DNA of 59,051 nt, counting the filler. It is 2 parts of 2 records of this genome, joined end to end, with 100 filler letters (N's around TTAATTAATTAA, not from the genome) between each part and the next. Parts side by side here need not be neighbours in the genome. Positions count along the whole stretch, not along the records: positions 31,422 to 59,051 come from SRR20825006_2540; 1 more part is not named here. One strand, given 5' to 3'. Below, piece after piece: positions 57,972 to 59,051 of this stretch. The position numbers were made by a program, and so were the translations under genes. The first letter of the stretch is position 1, and each line of letters opens with the position of its first letter. The notes below the pieces were generated by a model. The model saw only the letters and a list, made by a program, of their open reading frames with translations. It searched no databases and had not been told where the DNA came from.

Positions 57972-59051
57972 TTATTTGTCTTCTTTGGCTTTCTCGAGAG
58001 CTGCACCAAGAATATCGCCGAGGCTTGCGCCCGAATCGGCGGAGCCATACTGCTCAACAGCGGCTTTTTCTTCTGCAACTTCAAGCGCCTTGATGGACAG
58101 GTTAAGCTTGCGGCTACCTTTGTCCATGCCGGTTACCATTGCGTCAACCTTGTCGCCTTCAGCGAAACGCTCTGGGCGCTGGTCACCACGGTCACGGGCG
58201 AGGTCCGAGCGGCGGATAAAGGCTGTAACACCGGTGTCGCCAACTTCAACTTCGATGCCGTTCTCGTTCACGACCTTAACAACACAGGTCACTTGCTCGC
58301 CACGCTTCTTCGCAGACACGTTGGTGAAAGGATCGCCAGCCAACTGCTTGATGCCGAGGCTGATACGCTCTTTCTTGGTGTCGACGTCGAGGACAACAGC
58401 TTTGACCATGTCGCCTTTTTTGTACTCCTGGATCGCATCTTCGCCGGAACGTTCCCAATCGAGATCGGACAGGTGAACCATGCCGTCCACATCGCCGTCG
58501 AGGCCGATAAACAGGCCAAATTCGGTGATGTTTTTGACTTCGCCTTCGATCTCTGTGTTCTGTGGGAACTTGGAAGCAAAGGCTTCCCACGGGTTCTCAC
58601 CACACTGCTTGAGGCCGAGAGAAATACGACGCTTGGCTGGATCAACTTCCAGAACCATCACGTCAACTTCCTGGCTGGTGGAAACGATCTTGCCAGGGTG
58701 TACGTTTTTCTTAACCCAGCTCATCTCGGATACGTGCACGAGGCCTTCAACGCCGCTCTCGAGCTCAACAAACGCGCCGTAATCGGTGATGTTTGTTACG
58801 GTGCCGGAGAATTTCGCGCTGACAGGATATTTCGCTTCGATACCGTCCCATGGATCAGCAGCAAGCTGCTTCATGCCAAGGCTGATACGCTGTGTTTCTG
58901 GGTTGATGCGAACAACCTGTACCTTCACGGTCTCACCGATGGCGAGAACTTCAGATGGGTGGTTCACACGGCGCCAACTGATGTCTGTCACGTGCAGGAG
59001 GCCGTCGATGCCGCCAAGGTCAACGAACGCACCGTAATCGGTGATGTTCTT
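57972..59051 (-). CDS. rpsA: 30S ribosomal protein S1 (5' part beyond the window)
   Basis: Repeated S1 domains (NITDYGAFV, GLVHVSEMSW, RISLGLKQ), SGASLGDIL; frame open to the window edge. Confidence 0.97.
   Translation of the reverse strand, partial: KNITDYGAFVDLGGIDGLLHVTDISWRRVNHPSEVLAIGETVKVQVVRINPETQRISLGMKQLAADPWDGIEAKYPVSAKFSGTVTNITDYGAFVELESGVEGLVHVSEMSWVKKNVHPGKIVSTSQEVDVMVLEVDPAKRRISLGLKQCGENPWEAFASKFPQNTEIEGEVKNITEFGLFIGLDGDVDGMVHLSDLDWERSGEDAIQEYKKGDMVKAVVLDVDTKKERISLGIKQLAGDPFTNVSAKKRGEQVTCVVKVVNENGIEVEVGDTGVTAFIRRSDLARDRGDQRPERFAEGDKVDAMVTGMDKGSRKLNLSIKALEVAEEKAAVEQYGSADSGASLGDILGAALEKAKEDK

Noticed and set aside
31506-59037. Many long alternative-frame and antisense ORFs (e.g. 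31609..32568, 35214..36041, 42022..42840, 48477..49319)
   Set aside because: Shadow ORFs expected in GC-rich coding DNA; each overlaps a well-supported gene and lacks motifs.
1-59051. CRISPR arrays, cas genes, defence systems, IS elements, rRNA
   Set aside because: No regularly spaced repeats or matching protein motifs seen; the EVE gene is in its housekeeping context rather than a restriction locus.

Overview
The window joins two unrelated DNA fragments with an artificial 100-nt linker (44 N + TTAATTAATTAA + 44 N, 31322-31421). Left part (1-31321): AT-rich DNA whose gene content looks like Bacteroidota/Balneolota (Balneola-like; inferred, not searched). It holds an SDR, an OmpR-type two-component pair, an aquaporin and a complete haem-uptake locus (TonB receptor, two-domain HmuY, hemS/hmuTUV) with two matching palindromic operators. 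It also holds a D-aminoacylase lipoprotein, a CDGSH Fe-S gene cluster, a ~13 kb copper-resistance operon (cusA-cusC-cusB, DUF3347, CopB-type ATPase, DUF2231 fusion, NTF2-like protein, cytochrome c) and the edge of a beta-propeller lipoprotein array. Right part (31422-59051): GC-rich alphaproteobacterial core genome with a truncated tRNA-Thr, hemY-mic60-hemD-hemC, tsaD-gpsA-yciI-EVE, sixA, acs, pheST, rplT-rpmI, pyrF, lapA, ihfB and partial rpsA. The best candidate for an under-described system heads the copper operon, which has no transcription factor. An exported Met/Cys/His-rich, SPP-ending leader protein has its stop codon inside the closing stem of a ~120-nt three-way-junction RNA with two GNRA tetraloops, which ends 12 nt before the cusA start. 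This suggests ribosome-coupled copper sensing (inference). Also notable: a REP-like palindrome in frame in the cusC 5' end, a tandem HmuY duplication, and a contig break in the anticodon arm of tRNA-Thr. No CRISPR array, integrase or transposase was seen. All calls come from reading motifs by eye; no searches or folding programs were run.
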